From: an uncultured bacterium
GTDB taxonomy: Bacteria > Margulisbacteria > WOR-1 > CAVSGV01
Direction: 5' to 3'
NCBI GenBank assembly: GCA_963699255.1
Contig: OY969425.1
Location: forward strand, 450,001-482,000
Length of the DNA: 32,000 bases
Below are positions 1 to 8,714 of this stretch, one piece after another. Under the pieces are notes generated by a model. That model searched no databases and was not told where the DNA came from. It worked only from the letters and a program-made list of their open reading frames with translations. Each line of letters opens with the position of its first letter. The first letter of the stretch is position 1. Both the position numbers and the translations under genes were made by a program.

Positions 1-288
1 CTCAACGAAGACCGGGAGAAGCGCCGCGTTTATCACAAGGGTCGCCGCATAGACGATTATGAACCTCGGAAGTTCTCTTTTGAAGTGATGCTCGGACGTG
101 AAGACCCAGTATTTGTTCCAGAAATAGCTATTGAGAAGCCCGATGAAGAATGAGATCAGCAGAGCGATAAAATAGTGGAACTTAAGATACAGGAGCAGAT
201 AATATATGCCATATCCGATGACGGTATTAGCTGCGCCGATGATCGCGAATTTAATGAGTTGAACAGAAATGTTGAATAGCCAGGGCAT
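1..288 (-). CDS. GtrA-family membrane protein (N-terminal part; the gene runs off the window edge)
   Basis: Absent from the ORF track because it is open at the window edge. Manual reverse-strand translation from ATG at 288 gives MPWLFNISVQLIKFAIIGAANTVIGYGIYYLLLYLKFHYFIALLISFFIGLLNSYFWNKYWVFTSEHHF..., with no stop down to position 1. The hydrophobic helices and the NSYFWNKYWVF-type motif are typical of GtrA-like proteins. It lies directly downstream of rfbF-rfbG on the same strand. Confidence 0.7.
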   Translation of the reverse strand, partial: MPWLFNISVQLIKFAIIGAANTVIGYGIYYLLLYLKFHYFIALLISFFIGLLNSYFWNKYWVFTSEHHFKRELPRFIIVYAATLVINAALLPVFVE

Positions 289-307
289 TACTGATCTTTT
301 CCTTTTT

Positions 308-1351
308 TCACGCTTCCATATACTCCGATATTTGATCGATGCATACTTTTCTCATGTCTTTTTTCCCTTTGTAAGCGCGCGTCCATTGTGTGATATTATC
401 GATGGCGCTTTCGATATCCACTTTAGGGCTCCATTTAAGGGCATCTTTTGCCTTTGAACTGTCGAGCATCAATAATCGGGTTTCATGCGGATGTTCCTTC
501 TTGTCCACCACATATGAAGCATCTTTCCCCCATTTAGAGCAGAGCGTTCTGACAAGCCATTCAACGGTCTTCGCATCCTTATCAGCTGGGCCAAAGTTCC
601 AGGCTTCGGCGTATCTCTGCCCGCCCTCATAAAGCTTGCGCGCCAGGATCAGGTATCCGTTTAGAGGATCCAGGACATACTGCCACGGCCTGATCGCTTT
701 TGGGTTCCTTATGTGGATCTTTTCGCCTTTAAGTATGGCCCTGATGAAATCGGGCACCAGCCTGTCAACTCCCCAGTCGCCGCCGCCGATGACGTTGCCG
801 GCCCTTGCTGTTGCCACAGCAATGCCGTTTTTCAAGAAAGAATCCCTGTAAGCGGAGGTTACGAGTTCGGAACAAGCCTTGCTGCTTGAATAAGGGTCAT
901 ATCCTCCGAGCGGCTCGGTCTCTCTGTAGCCGGTCGTCTTTTCCTTGTTCTCATATATCTTGTCGGTCGTCACGTTAATGACGGCTCTTACGCTTGGACA
1001 GCTTCTGATCGACTCGAGGAGATTGACCGTTCCCATAATGTTCACGGCGTAGGTTTCAACGGGGTCCTTGTAAGACCTCCTGACCAGAGGCTGGGCAGCC
1101 ATATGGATAACGATCTCCGGCTTTGCCGCCATAATAGTTTTTTTCAATGATCCAAGATCCCGGATATCGGCTGTTATTGACCTGACAAGATCGTCCATCT
1201 TGCAAATTTCAAATAGACTGGGCTTTGTTGGAGGTTTAAGGGCGTATCCGGTCACTTTCGCTCCCAATAGATTCAGCCAGAGACAAAGCCAGGAGCCTTT
1301 GAATCCAGTGTGGCCGGTAATGAAGACCTTCTTGTTCTTCCAGAAGTTCAT
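308..1351 (-). CDS. rfbG: CDP-glucose 4,6-dehydratase
   Basis: 347-aa ORF with the Rossmann motif VFITGHTGFKGSWL and the catalytic YSSSK (YxxxK). It is colinear end to end with the CDP-glucose 4,6-dehydratases I know. Its start overlaps the rfbF stop by 4 nt (1348-1351). Confidence 0.9.
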   Translation of the reverse strand: MNFWKNKKVFITGHTGFKGSWLCLWLNLLGAKVTGYALKPPTKPSLFEICKMDDLVRSITADIRDLGSLKKTIMAAKPEIVIHMAAQPLVRRSYKDPVETYAVNIMGTVNLLESIRSCPSVRAVINVTTDKIYENKEKTTGYRETEPLGGYDPYSSSKACSELVTSAYRDSFLKNGIAVATARAGNVIGGGDWGVDRLVPDFIRAILKGEKIHIRNPKAIRPWQYVLDPLNGYLILARKLYEGGQRYAEAWNFGPADKDAKTVEWLVRTLCSKWGKDASYVVDKKEHPHETRLLMLDSSKAKDALKWSPKVDIESAIDNITQWTRAYKGKKDMRKVCIDQISEYMEA

Positions 1352-2145
1352 TTCCAGACTTTCCAGGGAGCTTTATTGGAATTCCACAATTCATTCAGGT
1401 GATTTACGTCCCTCATGGTATCCATGCAGTGCCAGAATCCGTCGTGGCTGAAAACATTCAACTCACGTTCTTTTGTAAGCTTCTTTATAGGCTCTCTTTC
1501 AAAGAAACAATCTTTATCGCCGATATAATCAAAGCTTTCTTTTTTTAACGCGAAGAAACCGCCGTTTATGTAAGCATCAGTGACCTGAGGCTTTTCATGG
1601 AAATCCGATACAAGGCCGTCCTTTATGATAAGCTCGCCGAAACGGGATTCGGCATGAATTCCCGTAAGTGTCGCGATCTTGCCAGACCTGAGATGGAAGT
1701 CATAAAGCTTTTTTATGTCTATATCAGATACGCCATCGCCGTATGTGAGCATAAAATCATCGGTATCGACGTACTTTTCGATCTTCTTTATCCTTCCTCC
1801 GGTCATCGTGTTCTGCCCAGTATCAACAAGCGTGACATTGAATTTTTCACGGTCGGATTTTTTGTGTATGGTGACCTTCGCGCTAGAGCCGAACTGAAGA
1901 GTAAGGTCGTTGTTCAGCGCCTCGTAATTCAGGAAATACTCTTTTATCATGTCACCTTTATACCCCAGGCAAATAATGAAATCATTGAAACCGTGGCTCA
2001 TGTATATTTTCATTATGTGCCATAAGATAGGGTAGGGGCCGATCTGGACCATGGGCTTCGGCTTGTATTCAGTTTCTTCCCTCAGCCTCATTCCCATGCC
2101 GCCGGCTAGTATAACGACTTTTGGCTTGAGCAGTTTAGCAGACAT
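1348..2145 (-). CDS. rfbF: glucose-1-phosphate cytidylyltransferase
   Basis: 265-aa ORF with the nucleotidyltransferase signature VILAGGMGMRLREETEYKPKPMVQIGPYPILWHIMKIY. AGGAGG lies 5 nt upstream of the ATG. Confidence 0.92.
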   Translation of the reverse strand: MSAKLLKPKVVILAGGMGMRLREETEYKPKPMVQIGPYPILWHIMKIYMSHGFNDFIICLGYKGDMIKEYFLNYEALNNDLTLQFGSSAKVTIHKKSDREKFNVTLVDTGQNTMTGGRIKKIEKYVDTDDFMLTYGDGVSDIDIKKLYDFHLRSGKIATLTGIHAESRFGELIIKDGLVSDFHEKPQVTDAYINGGFFALKKESFDYIGDKDCFFEREPIKKLTKERELNVFSHDGFWHCMDTMRDVNHLNELWNSNKAPWKVWK

Positions 2146-2167
2146 TGGAGCCTCCTTTTTTTAATTG

Positions 2168-3217
2168 TCAGTATCCAAGTTCCTTAATTACGGCGGAGAC
2201 TTTACACGGGATCTCTGTGGGCTTGGCTCCCTGTTTGACCGCGTTATCGGGATCCTTAAGGCCGTGTCCGGTAAGAACGCATACTACGACAGAGCCGTCA
2301 GGAATTATCCGTTTTTTGGCAAGTTTCATCATTCCGGCTATCGATGCGGCGGACGCCGGTTCGCAGAAGACCCCCTCTAATTTCGCGACCAGCCTGTATG
2401 CTTCCAGTATTTCATCATCTGTGACGATCGATATAGAACCTGCTGATTCTTCCGCCGCAGCAACGGCTGTTTTCCAGCTCGCCGGGTTTCCTATCCTTAT
2501 GGCGGTCGCAACAGTTTCCGGTTTTTCTATCGGATGCCCCATTACTATGGGAGCCGCGCCTTCAGCCTGAAAACCCACCATCTTCGGCAGCTTTGATATT
2601 TTTTTCTTGTCATAATATTCCTTGAATCCTTTCCAGTAAGCGGTGATATTTCCCGCATTGCCGACAGGGATCGCAAGGAAATCAGGGACGGATTCAAGCT
2701 GCTCGCAGACCTCGAATGCCGCTGTTTTTTGGCCCTCTATCCTGAAAGGATTAATAGAGTTCACGATCTCGATGGGATATTTTTCGCCGAGTTCTCTGAC
2801 AAGGTTCAGGGCTTCATCGAAATTCCCCTGGACTGCAAAGACCTTTGCTCCGTGCATCATCGCCTGGGCAAGTTTTCCAAGGGCTATTTTCCCGCTGGGG
2901 ATTATCACTATGCAGTCGAGCCCGGCTCTTCCTGAATAAGCAGCCGCCGATGCAGAGGTATTGCCTGTTGAGGCGCAGATGACGGCTTTGAACTTCTTTT
3001 CAACCGCTTTGCTTATTGCCATTGTCATGCCGCGGTCCTTGAACGAACCGGTGGGGTTCAGTCCCTCATATTTCAGATACACTTTGCATTTCGTGAGCTT
3101 ACTGAGTTTTTCAGCGTATATCAGCGGCGTATTGCCTTCGTTCAGCGTAACAACGGGGGTTTTGTCGGTAACCGGCAGATATTCTCTGTATTTATCTATT
3201 AAACCTTTCCATCTCAT
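2168..3217 (-). CDS. thrC: threonine synthase
   Basis: PLP-lysine motif SFKDRGMT, plus [15 protein letters not shown] and the overall fold pattern. I moved the start from the track's 3292 to ATG 3217 ([16 protein letters not shown]...). The 25 extra upstream codons overlie a promoter-like TTGCCC-17nt-TGgTATCAT. Confidence 0.88.
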   Translation of the reverse strand: MRWKGLIDKYREYLPVTDKTPVVTLNEGNTPLIYAEKLSKLTKCKVYLKYEGLNPTGSFKDRGMTMAISKAVEKKFKAVICASTGNTSASAAAYSGRAGLDCIVIIPSGKIALGKLAQAMMHGAKVFAVQGNFDEALNLVRELGEKYPIEIVNSINPFRIEGQKTAAFEVCEQLESVPDFLAIPVGNAGNITAYWKGFKEYYDKKKISKLPKMVGFQAEGAAPIVMGHPIEKPETVATAIRIGNPASWKTAVAAAEESAGSISIVTDDEILEAYRLVAKLEGVFCEPASAASIAGMMKLAKKRIIPDGSVVVCVLTGHGLKDPDNAVKQGAKPTEIPCKVSAVIKELGY

Positions 3218-3224
3218 TTTTCCA

Positions 3225-3253
3225 ATGATACCACCTGAAAATGAGAGGGGCAA
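3225..3253 (-). promoter_or_regulatory. candidate extended -10 promoter of thrC; leaderless geometry
   Basis: Read on the minus strand: TTGCCC (3253-3248), a 17-nt spacer ending in TGg, TATCAT (3230-3225), then 7 nt to ATG 3217. Confidence 0.45.
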
Positions 3254-3363
3254 GAGGGAAAGTTCGTATGTAATCCTGAAATTTCCGACCAAAATTGGCG
3301 ATATATAGTACAGAGGGGAATTATATAGTTACATTCCAATACTGCGGAAAAGGAGCCATTTGC

Positions 3364-4497
3364 GTGTCAGCAAGTATGATCGAAAGGTTTCAAAGCCCTA
3401 AAACAGCTTTCAAAAAAACATTGAAAAGCGTACGAATGGAATTCAAGGAAACGGCGCAGGCGACAAAATATGTGCTGACAAAAACATTCTACCCTAACTC
3501 AATATTGCCTGAAATAAAACAGCCGAGCCTAAGAACTGCGATAAATGAATTGGCCCGTCAACTTTCATCTAATATTTCCACGGGTGAAAAGATCCTGTTT
3601 TTTGGGGGAAGGGTCTTCAGGGAAAATGGCGAAATTATCGCTAGCGATCCGCTATTAAAGATCGGCAAGGATATGGGCGGCATGACGGTCAGGACTCCGC
3701 TTACGACAGAACGGGGAATGCGAACATTTTTAAAGGATATCTATCTGAAACCCGAAAGATGGGGGATCAGGATATCTGACGAATTCAATGAAGAAGCTAG
3801 ATCAGAGATACATTCTCAAATAATGTTGATGAACGCCATCTTGGATATTGAACCAGACAATAGCATGGCGTTATCAGTTGTTCCCAACGATCACAAGTAT
3901 CATTCTTTGGGCATTATATCGCTAAACATTTTCTGTAGCGTTTATTTTTTATATGCTTATTTGAAAGGGGGGGCTCACGCATCTCTTTTTAAGCATCTCT
4001 CACTAATAAACTTCGCATCTGGTCTGCTTATGTTATGCGCACATATTCTAGCTTCAAGTAAAGGGGTCGGCACATATCACAAAAATCAAATTAAATGTAA
4101 TTTTTCACAAGAAGCTGCCGATTCCAAAGTCCCTACACATGAATACGTTCACTTCTTAAAGGATATAGGTATATTAAAAAACGAGATAACTGCCAGTTCA
4201 TATGAATCTCTTATGCAGGTGAGAACTTATGGAAAAGTATTTGGAAAAACCGAGGCGTATGAAAAAGGATTATTAATGGACGCTAGAACGCTCCTTGCGG
4301 AAAAATTGCATTTCAAGGTTGAAAAAGAAAAAACATACAAGATCGGCACAAGACTGGCCGGGTTGGCTGTGCAATTATCAACAAAGCTTAACGATCCTAA
4401 AGCCAAGTGGGATTTTTTGAACATTGTCTCTTGTTCCGATAAGGATGAACTTTTCCCCAATCTCTTTAATAGCAAGTTCAAACAATTTTTCGAGTAA
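3364..4497 (+). CDS. hypothetical membrane protein (ORFan; two central TM helices)
   Basis: Long open frame. AAGGAG (3349-3354) lies 9 nt upstream of GTG 3364; the alternative start is ATG 3376. Central hydrophobic segments are LGIISLNIFCSVYFLYAYL and LINFASGLLMLCAHILASS. I recognise no family motif. Confidence 0.55.
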   Translation: MSASMIERFQSPKTAFKKTLKSVRMEFKETAQATKYVLTKTFYPNSILPEIKQPSLRTAINELARQLSSNISTGEKILFFGGRVFRENGEIIASDPLLKIGKDMGGMTVRTPLTTERGMRTFLKDIYLKPERWGIRISDEFNEEARSEIHSQIMLMNAILDIEPDNSMALSVVPNDHKYHSLGIISLNIFCSVYFLYAYLKGGAHASLFKHLSLINFASGLLMLCAHILASSKGVGTYHKNQIKCNFSQEAADSKVPTHEYVHFLKDIGILKNEITASSYESLMQVRTYGKVFGKTEAYEKGLLMDARTLLAEKLHFKVEKEKTYKIGTRLAGLAVQLSTKLNDPKAKWDFLNIVSCSDKDELFPNLFNSKFKQFFE

Positions 4498-4511
4498 ATA
4501 TTTAAATTTTT

Positions 4512-4546
4512 TCTCGTCTCACGTCTCGCACCTCACATCTCATTAT
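4512..4546 (+). repeat. 5 x 7-nt degenerate tandem array TCNCRTC (reverse complement GAGAYGN)
   Basis: Units: TCTCGTC TCACGTC TCGCACC TCACATC TCATTAT. It starts 15 nt after the ORFan stop and abuts the hisS -10 box. Confidence 0.75.
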
Positions 4547-4554
4547 GCTATAAT
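4546..4554 (+). promoter_or_regulatory. candidate extended -10 (TGcTATAAT) of hisS; leaderless geometry
   Basis: TG at 4546-4547 and TATAAT at 4549-4554, then 8 nt to ATG 4563. There is no Shine-Dalgarno sequence and no room for a leader. Confidence 0.45.
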
Positions 4555-4562
4555 CCCCGCGT

Positions 4563-5813
4563 ATGAAATACACAAGACAAAGAGGCACCCGTGATATCCT
4601 GCCGGGCGAAATAAAGACCTGGCAGTTCCTGGAAGAAAAGGTCCGGGCTGTTTTTGAGAACTACAATTACGCGGAAATAAGGACCCCCATATTCGAGCAG
4701 ACGGAAGTATTCACCCGCAGCATCGGCGAGGATACCGATATCGTCGGGAAAGAAATGTACACCTTCACCGACAAAGGCGAGCGTTCCATCACTCTCAGGC
4801 CGGAAGAAACAGCCCCTGTCGTAAGGGCCGCAATAGAGAATAATCTGCTGGGCAAGAACGATGTCGTAAAACTTTATTATTTGGGACCGATGTTCAGGTA
4901 TGAGAGGCCGCAAGCGGGAAGATTCAGGCAGTTCCATCAGGCCGGCGTTGAAGTTTTCGGATCTTCGGATCCACTTATAGATGTTGAAGTGATAGAACTG
5001 GGTCTCAGGTATTTCATGGAGATCGGCTTAAAAGAGCTTGAGGTCAATGTTAACAGCGTAGGATGCAATACCTGCAGGCCGAAATACAAAGAAGAACTGA
5101 TCAAATATTTCAAGGGAAGCTCCGCTGACATGTGCGATACATGCCGCGGCCGCCTGGACAGGAACCCTTTAAGGGTGCTTGATTGCAAAGATGCGAAGTG
5201 CCAGAAGCTGATAGATCATGCCCCTTCATCGACCGATTTCCTGTGTGAAGAATGCGGGACGCATTTTGACAAAGTTATTTATAACCTGGACCGGTTCAAG
5301 ATCCCGTATAAGCACAACAAACGCCTTGTAAGAGGGCTGGATTACTACACAAAGACCACATTTGAGATCATTTCAGGGTCGCTTGGGGCCCAGAACGCCG
5401 TCTGCGGAGGCGGCAGATACGATACTCTTGTCCAGGAACTTGGCGGCAAGGAAACGCCGGCTATAGGGTTTGCCATCGGCCTTGACAGGCTTGTTCTTGC
5501 GCTGGAAGAACAGAAGATCAACGTTTCCAAAGGCCTCAGGCTGCAGGCTTATGTCGTCACATTGGGAGATGCCGCCAGGCAAAAGGGTTTTGAAGTCTTA
5601 AGGAACCTCAGGAACATGGGGATAAGGTCTGATATGGACTATCAAAGCAGGAGTCTGAACTCACAATTAAGAACAGCTGATACACTAAAGGCGCAATATG
5701 CCATAATAATAGGGGATGATGAGCTTAAAAACGAGATCGCGCTGATACGATCTATGGACGATAAAACGCAGGAAACGGCTAAATTTGACGATATATTAAG
5801 GAGATTTAAATGA
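4563..5813 (+). CDS. hisS: histidine--tRNA ligase
   Basis: 416 aa. N-terminus is [16 protein letters not shown]. Class II motifs include [16 protein letters not shown] and [10 protein letters not shown]. The anticodon-binding C-terminus is present. Confidence 0.95.
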   Translation: MKYTRQRGTRDILPGEIKTWQFLEEKVRAVFENYNYAEIRTPIFEQTEVFTRSIGEDTDIVGKEMYTFTDKGERSITLRPEETAPVVRAAIENNLLGKNDVVKLYYLGPMFRYERPQAGRFRQFHQAGVEVFGSSDPLIDVEVIELGLRYFMEIGLKELEVNVNSVGCNTCRPKYKEELIKYFKGSSADMCDTCRGRLDRNPLRVLDCKDAKCQKLIDHAPSSTDFLCEECGTHFDKVIYNLDRFKIPYKHNKRLVRGLDYYTKTTFEIISGSLGAQNAVCGGGRYDTLVQELGGKETPAIGFAIGLDRLVLALEEQKINVSKGLRLQAYVVTLGDAARQKGFEVLRNLRNMGIRSDMDYQSRSLNSQLRTADTLKAQYAIIIGDDELKNEIALIRSMDDKTQETAKFDDILRRFK

Positions 5814-7606
5814 AACGGACACATAGTTGCGGAGAGCTGAGAAAGAAAGATGTTAACAAAGAGGTTGTACTGGCCGGATGGGTGCACAGAAGGCGCGACC
5901 ATGGGGGGCTGATCTTCATAGACCTTCGAGACAGGTCGGGTTTATGCCAGGTGACGATTAATGTGACGAACAAGGATCTGCATCAAATAGGGGAACAATT
6001 GAGGTCTGAATTCGTCACCATGGTAAAAGGGACCGTTGTGGAACGCTCAAAAGAGACCGTGAACTCAAAACTTCCGACCGGTGACATAGAGGTCATCGCT
6101 TCCCATATGGAAATATTGAACAAAGCCAAGACCCCGCCGTTCGAGATAGCCGATCCTAGCCAGGAGATCGACGAAAATGTCAGGATGAAATACAGATATC
6201 TCGACCTTCGCAAGGATGAAATGAGGGAAAATCTGGTATTCCGCCACAAGATCATTAAGTCTTCAAGGGACTTCCTTGATAAAGAAGGCTTCCTTGAGAT
6301 AGAAACGCCGTTTTTGACCAAATCCACCCCTGAAGGGGCCAGGGATTACCTTGTGCCGTCAAGGGTGAATCCGGGCAAATTCTACGCTCTTCCACAGTCG
6401 CCTCAGCTTTTCAAGCAGATCCTGATGGTTGCTGGCATGGAAAAATATTTCCAGGTCGTCAGATGCTTCCGGGATGAGGACCTTAGGGCGGACAGGCAGC
6501 CGGAATTCACCCAGATAGACATGGAAATGAGCTTCATCGAGCGCGATGACGTTATAGAGGTCATTGAGCGGATGATGGTCCACATAATGAAGCAGGTCAA
6601 AGAGGATGAGGAAAAGTATTTTATCCATAAAAAGATACCGGATTTCAAGCTTCCTATACCAAGATTGACCTGGGACGAAGCAATGTCGAGATACGGAACG
6701 GACAAACCGGATACGCGGTTCGGGCTTGAGCTGGTGGACGTTACCGATATCGCAAAGGGGTCGGAATTCAAGGTGTTTTCTTCGACGGCGAATGCAGGAG
6801 GGCTTGTTAAAGGGCTTAACGGAAAGGGCTGCGCGAAATTCTCCAGGAACGAGCTCGACAACCTTGAGGCTGAAGCGAAAAAACTCGGAGCAAAAGGATT
6901 GGCATACATCGTGATCGCGGCGGACGGCATCAAATCGCCGATAGCCAAATTCCTGAAGAAAGAAGAGATAGATGCGATCGTAAGCAGGCTCAAAGGGGAA
7001 ACAGGGGATATCCTTTTCTTTGTTGCCGACAAGCCGGATACCGCTAACTCCGTTCTGGGACAGATAAGGCTTGAACTGGGAAAGAAGCTGAATTTGATCG
7101 ACAAGGCAAAATTCAATTATGTCTGGGTGACCGATTTCCCGCTTATGGAATACAGCGAGAATGACAAGCGATGGGTTTCCAGGCATCATCCGTTCACAGC
7201 GCCGCAGGGCAGCTGGGATGACATAGAAGAAAGGTTCGTGAAAGATCCGGCATCTATAAAAGCGCAAGCGTATGATTTTGTCCTTAACGGCGTCGAGATA
7301 GGCGGCGGGTCAATAAGGATCCACAGGCCTGACATCCAGGCCAAGATATTCAAGATCTTGAGGATGACGGAAGAAGAGGCCAATCTGAGATTCGGATTCC
7401 TGCTGGAAGCGTTCGAATACGGCGCTCCTCCGCACGGCGGGATAGCTTTGGGTCTGGACAGGCTTGTCATGATGCTTGCCGGGATGGATTCAATAAGGGA
7501 CGTTATCGCATTTCCGAAGAACCAATCAGCTGTATGCCCCATGACGAACGCGCCTGATGCTGTGGATCCAAGACAGCTGAAGGATGTTCACATAAAACTG
7601 GCTTAA
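5810..7606 (+). CDS. aspS: aspartate--tRNA ligase (bacterial type)
   Basis: 598 aa. OB-fold N-terminus ([22 protein letters not shown]), plus [34 protein letters not shown] and [11 protein letters not shown]. The ATG overlaps the hisS stop (ATGA at 5810-5813), and AAGGAG lies upstream. Confidence 0.95.
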   Translation: MKRTHSCGELRKKDVNKEVVLAGWVHRRRDHGGLIFIDLRDRSGLCQVTINVTNKDLHQIGEQLRSEFVTMVKGTVVERSKETVNSKLPTGDIEVIASHMEILNKAKTPPFEIADPSQEIDENVRMKYRYLDLRKDEMRENLVFRHKIIKSSRDFLDKEGFLEIETPFLTKSTPEGARDYLVPSRVNPGKFYALPQSPQLFKQILMVAGMEKYFQVVRCFRDEDLRADRQPEFTQIDMEMSFIERDDVIEVIERMMVHIMKQVKEDEEKYFIHKKIPDFKLPIPRLTWDEAMSRYGTDKPDTRFGLELVDVTDIAKGSEFKVFSSTANAGGLVKGLNGKGCAKFSRNELDNLEAEAKKLGAKGLAYIVIAADGIKSPIAKFLKKEEIDAIVSRLKGETGDILFFVADKPDTANSVLGQIRLELGKKLNLIDKAKFNYVWVTDFPLMEYSENDKRWVSRHHPFTAPQGSWDDIEERFVKDPASIKAQAYDFVLNGVEIGGGSIRIHRPDIQAKIFKILRMTEEEANLRFGFLLEAFEYGAPPHGGIALGLDRLVMMLAGMDSIRDVIAFPKNQSAVCPMTNAPDAVDPRQLKDVHIKLA

Positions 7607-8628
7607 AGCTTGTTGATCTCGCGGATAAGACCGGTAAATTTTCCATAACTATTCCTGTCAAATTTCAGGCTGAGCCTGAAAAGGTCCAGTTTATCATCGG
7701 TCTTTATTTCTTCTTTTACCGGTTTGCAGCATTCGATCTTCCCTGACAGCAGTATGTCCTTGTACTTCTTGTTGAGCTTTTCGATCTGATGCGCGGAAAG
7801 TTCCTTGTTCAATCTTATGATAGTGGTGTCCCCGACATATCTGAGAGAGTTATAGACCTTATAGAAATCCGTGATCTCATTTACAGCGTCGCGGACGGTA
7901 TTGACGACCCTGAATAAATTTAGGTCATCCTTGTACAGGAGGTTCTTCTTCATCATCGCGTCCTTGACGAATCTAAGCCAGCTCTTCCAGTATGAGCCGA
8001 ACAGGGTGTCAACAAAAACAAGAGGGCGGGGAGATGTCTTTCCCGTCTGCAGAAGGGTCAGCACTTCAAAAGCTTCATCGTGTGTGCCGAAACCGCCTGG
8101 AAAAAGTACCGTCGCATCCGATTCCTTGATGAAAACCAGTTTTCTGTTGAAGAAATATTTAAGTGTAACAAGCTTCTCGCCCCTTATGTATGGATTAGGT
8201 ACCTGCTCGGTCGGGAGCTTGATGTTTACGGCAAAACTCTTGCCCGGCCTTGCTCCTTTGTTCCCGGCTTCCATGATGCCGCCGCCGCCGCCGGTTATTA
8301 CCATCCATCCCATTTCAGAGACCTGTTTCGCGAAACTCTCCGCCATTTTATATTCAGAGGACTTGGCGCTTATTTTGTGTGACCCGAAGATGACGACCTT
8401 TCGGATGCTGCGGTAAGGGGAGAAGACCTTGAACGCATATCTCAGCTCTTTCAGGGTCGAATTAAGGATCTTGATGTCCCCGACATCCCTCAGGTCGCCG
8501 GAAAGCTTGCAGATCGTAGTGAACATCTGGCGGTAGAACTCTGTGGTTTCGCTGTTCCCGTATTTTCTTGCCAATTCATCGATCACTTTGTCGTCATTAA
8601 TATTGCCCAGACAGTACTTCTTTTCCAT
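7603..8628 (-). CDS. LOG-family (TIGR00730-like) protein with N- and C-terminal extensions; possible nucleotide 5'-monophosphate nucleosidase (PpnN-like)
   Basis: Motifs [24 protein letters not shown] and [12 protein letters not shown] (LOG PGGxGTxxE). The track start at 8646 is a TTG. I prefer ATG 8628 (MEKKYCLGN...) because TTGACC-17nt-TATGAT sits 6 nt upstream of it. Confidence 0.78.
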   Translation of the reverse strand: MEKKYCLGNINDDKVIDELARKYGNSETTEFYRQMFTTICKLSGDLRDVGDIKILNSTLKELRYAFKVFSPYRSIRKVVIFGSHKISAKSSEYKMAESFAKQVSEMGWMVITGGGGGIMEAGNKGARPGKSFAVNIKLPTEQVPNPYIRGEKLVTLKYFFNRKLVFIKESDATVLFPGGFGTHDEAFEVLTLLQTGKTSPRPLVFVDTLFGSYWKSWLRFVKDAMMKKNLLYKDDLNLFRVVNTVRDAVNEITDFYKVYNSLRYVGDTTIIRLNKELSAHQIEKLNKKYKDILLSGKIECCKPVKEEIKTDDKLDLFRLSLKFDRNSYGKFTGLIREINKL

Positions 8629-8634
8629 GGCGGT

Positions 8635-8663
8635 ATCATATATCAAAAAGAAATAAAGGTCAA
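8635..8663 (-). promoter_or_regulatory. sigma70-like promoter of the LOG-family gene; predicts a leaderless mRNA
   Basis: Read on the minus strand: TTGACC (8663-8658), a 17-nt spacer, TATGAT (8640-8635), then 6 nt to ATG 8628. Confidence 0.55.
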
Positions 8664-8679
8664 AACAGGAAAAACACTT

Positions 8680-8714
8680 GAGATGAGAGACGGGAGATGT
8701 GAGATGAGAAGTGA
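8680..8714 (+). repeat. 5 x 7-nt degenerate tandem array GAGAYGN (inverted partner of 4512-4546)
   Basis: Units: GAGATGA GAGACGG GAGATGT GAGATGA GAAGTGA. Positions 8679-8709 match the reverse complement of 4512-4542 at 25/31, ungapped. Confidence 0.75.

Noticed and set aside
3218-3292. The 25-codon N-terminal extension of thrC in the ORF track ([25 protein letters not shown]...).
   Set aside because: The extension has no counterpart in the threonine synthases I know. It overlies a promoter-like TTGCCC-17-TGgTATCAT, and ATG 3217 gives a typical N-terminus.
4498-4562. A T-box or other leader upstream of hisS.
   Set aside because: There are only 65 nt between the upstream stop and the hisS ATG, and the -10-like box sits 8 nt from the ATG. 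There is no room for a ~200-nt T-box leader.
6359-7267. Long antisense ORFs inside aspS: a 302-aa ORF at 6359-7267 and a 237-aa ORF at 6403-7116, both on the minus strand. Similar shadow ORFs lie opposite other genes: 4548-4937 (hisS), 12952-13353 (purA), 16161-16706 (ribF), 17389-17937 (the kinase), 27523-28116 (spanning the PorV-like 3' end, the spacer and the LolA-like 5' half) and 2145-2570 (thrC).
   Set aside because: Each lies opposite a gene with an unambiguous conserved product. Their translations are low-complexity (S/R/P/L-rich) with no recognisable motif. This is the usual shadow-ORF behaviour of moderately GC-rich coding DNA.
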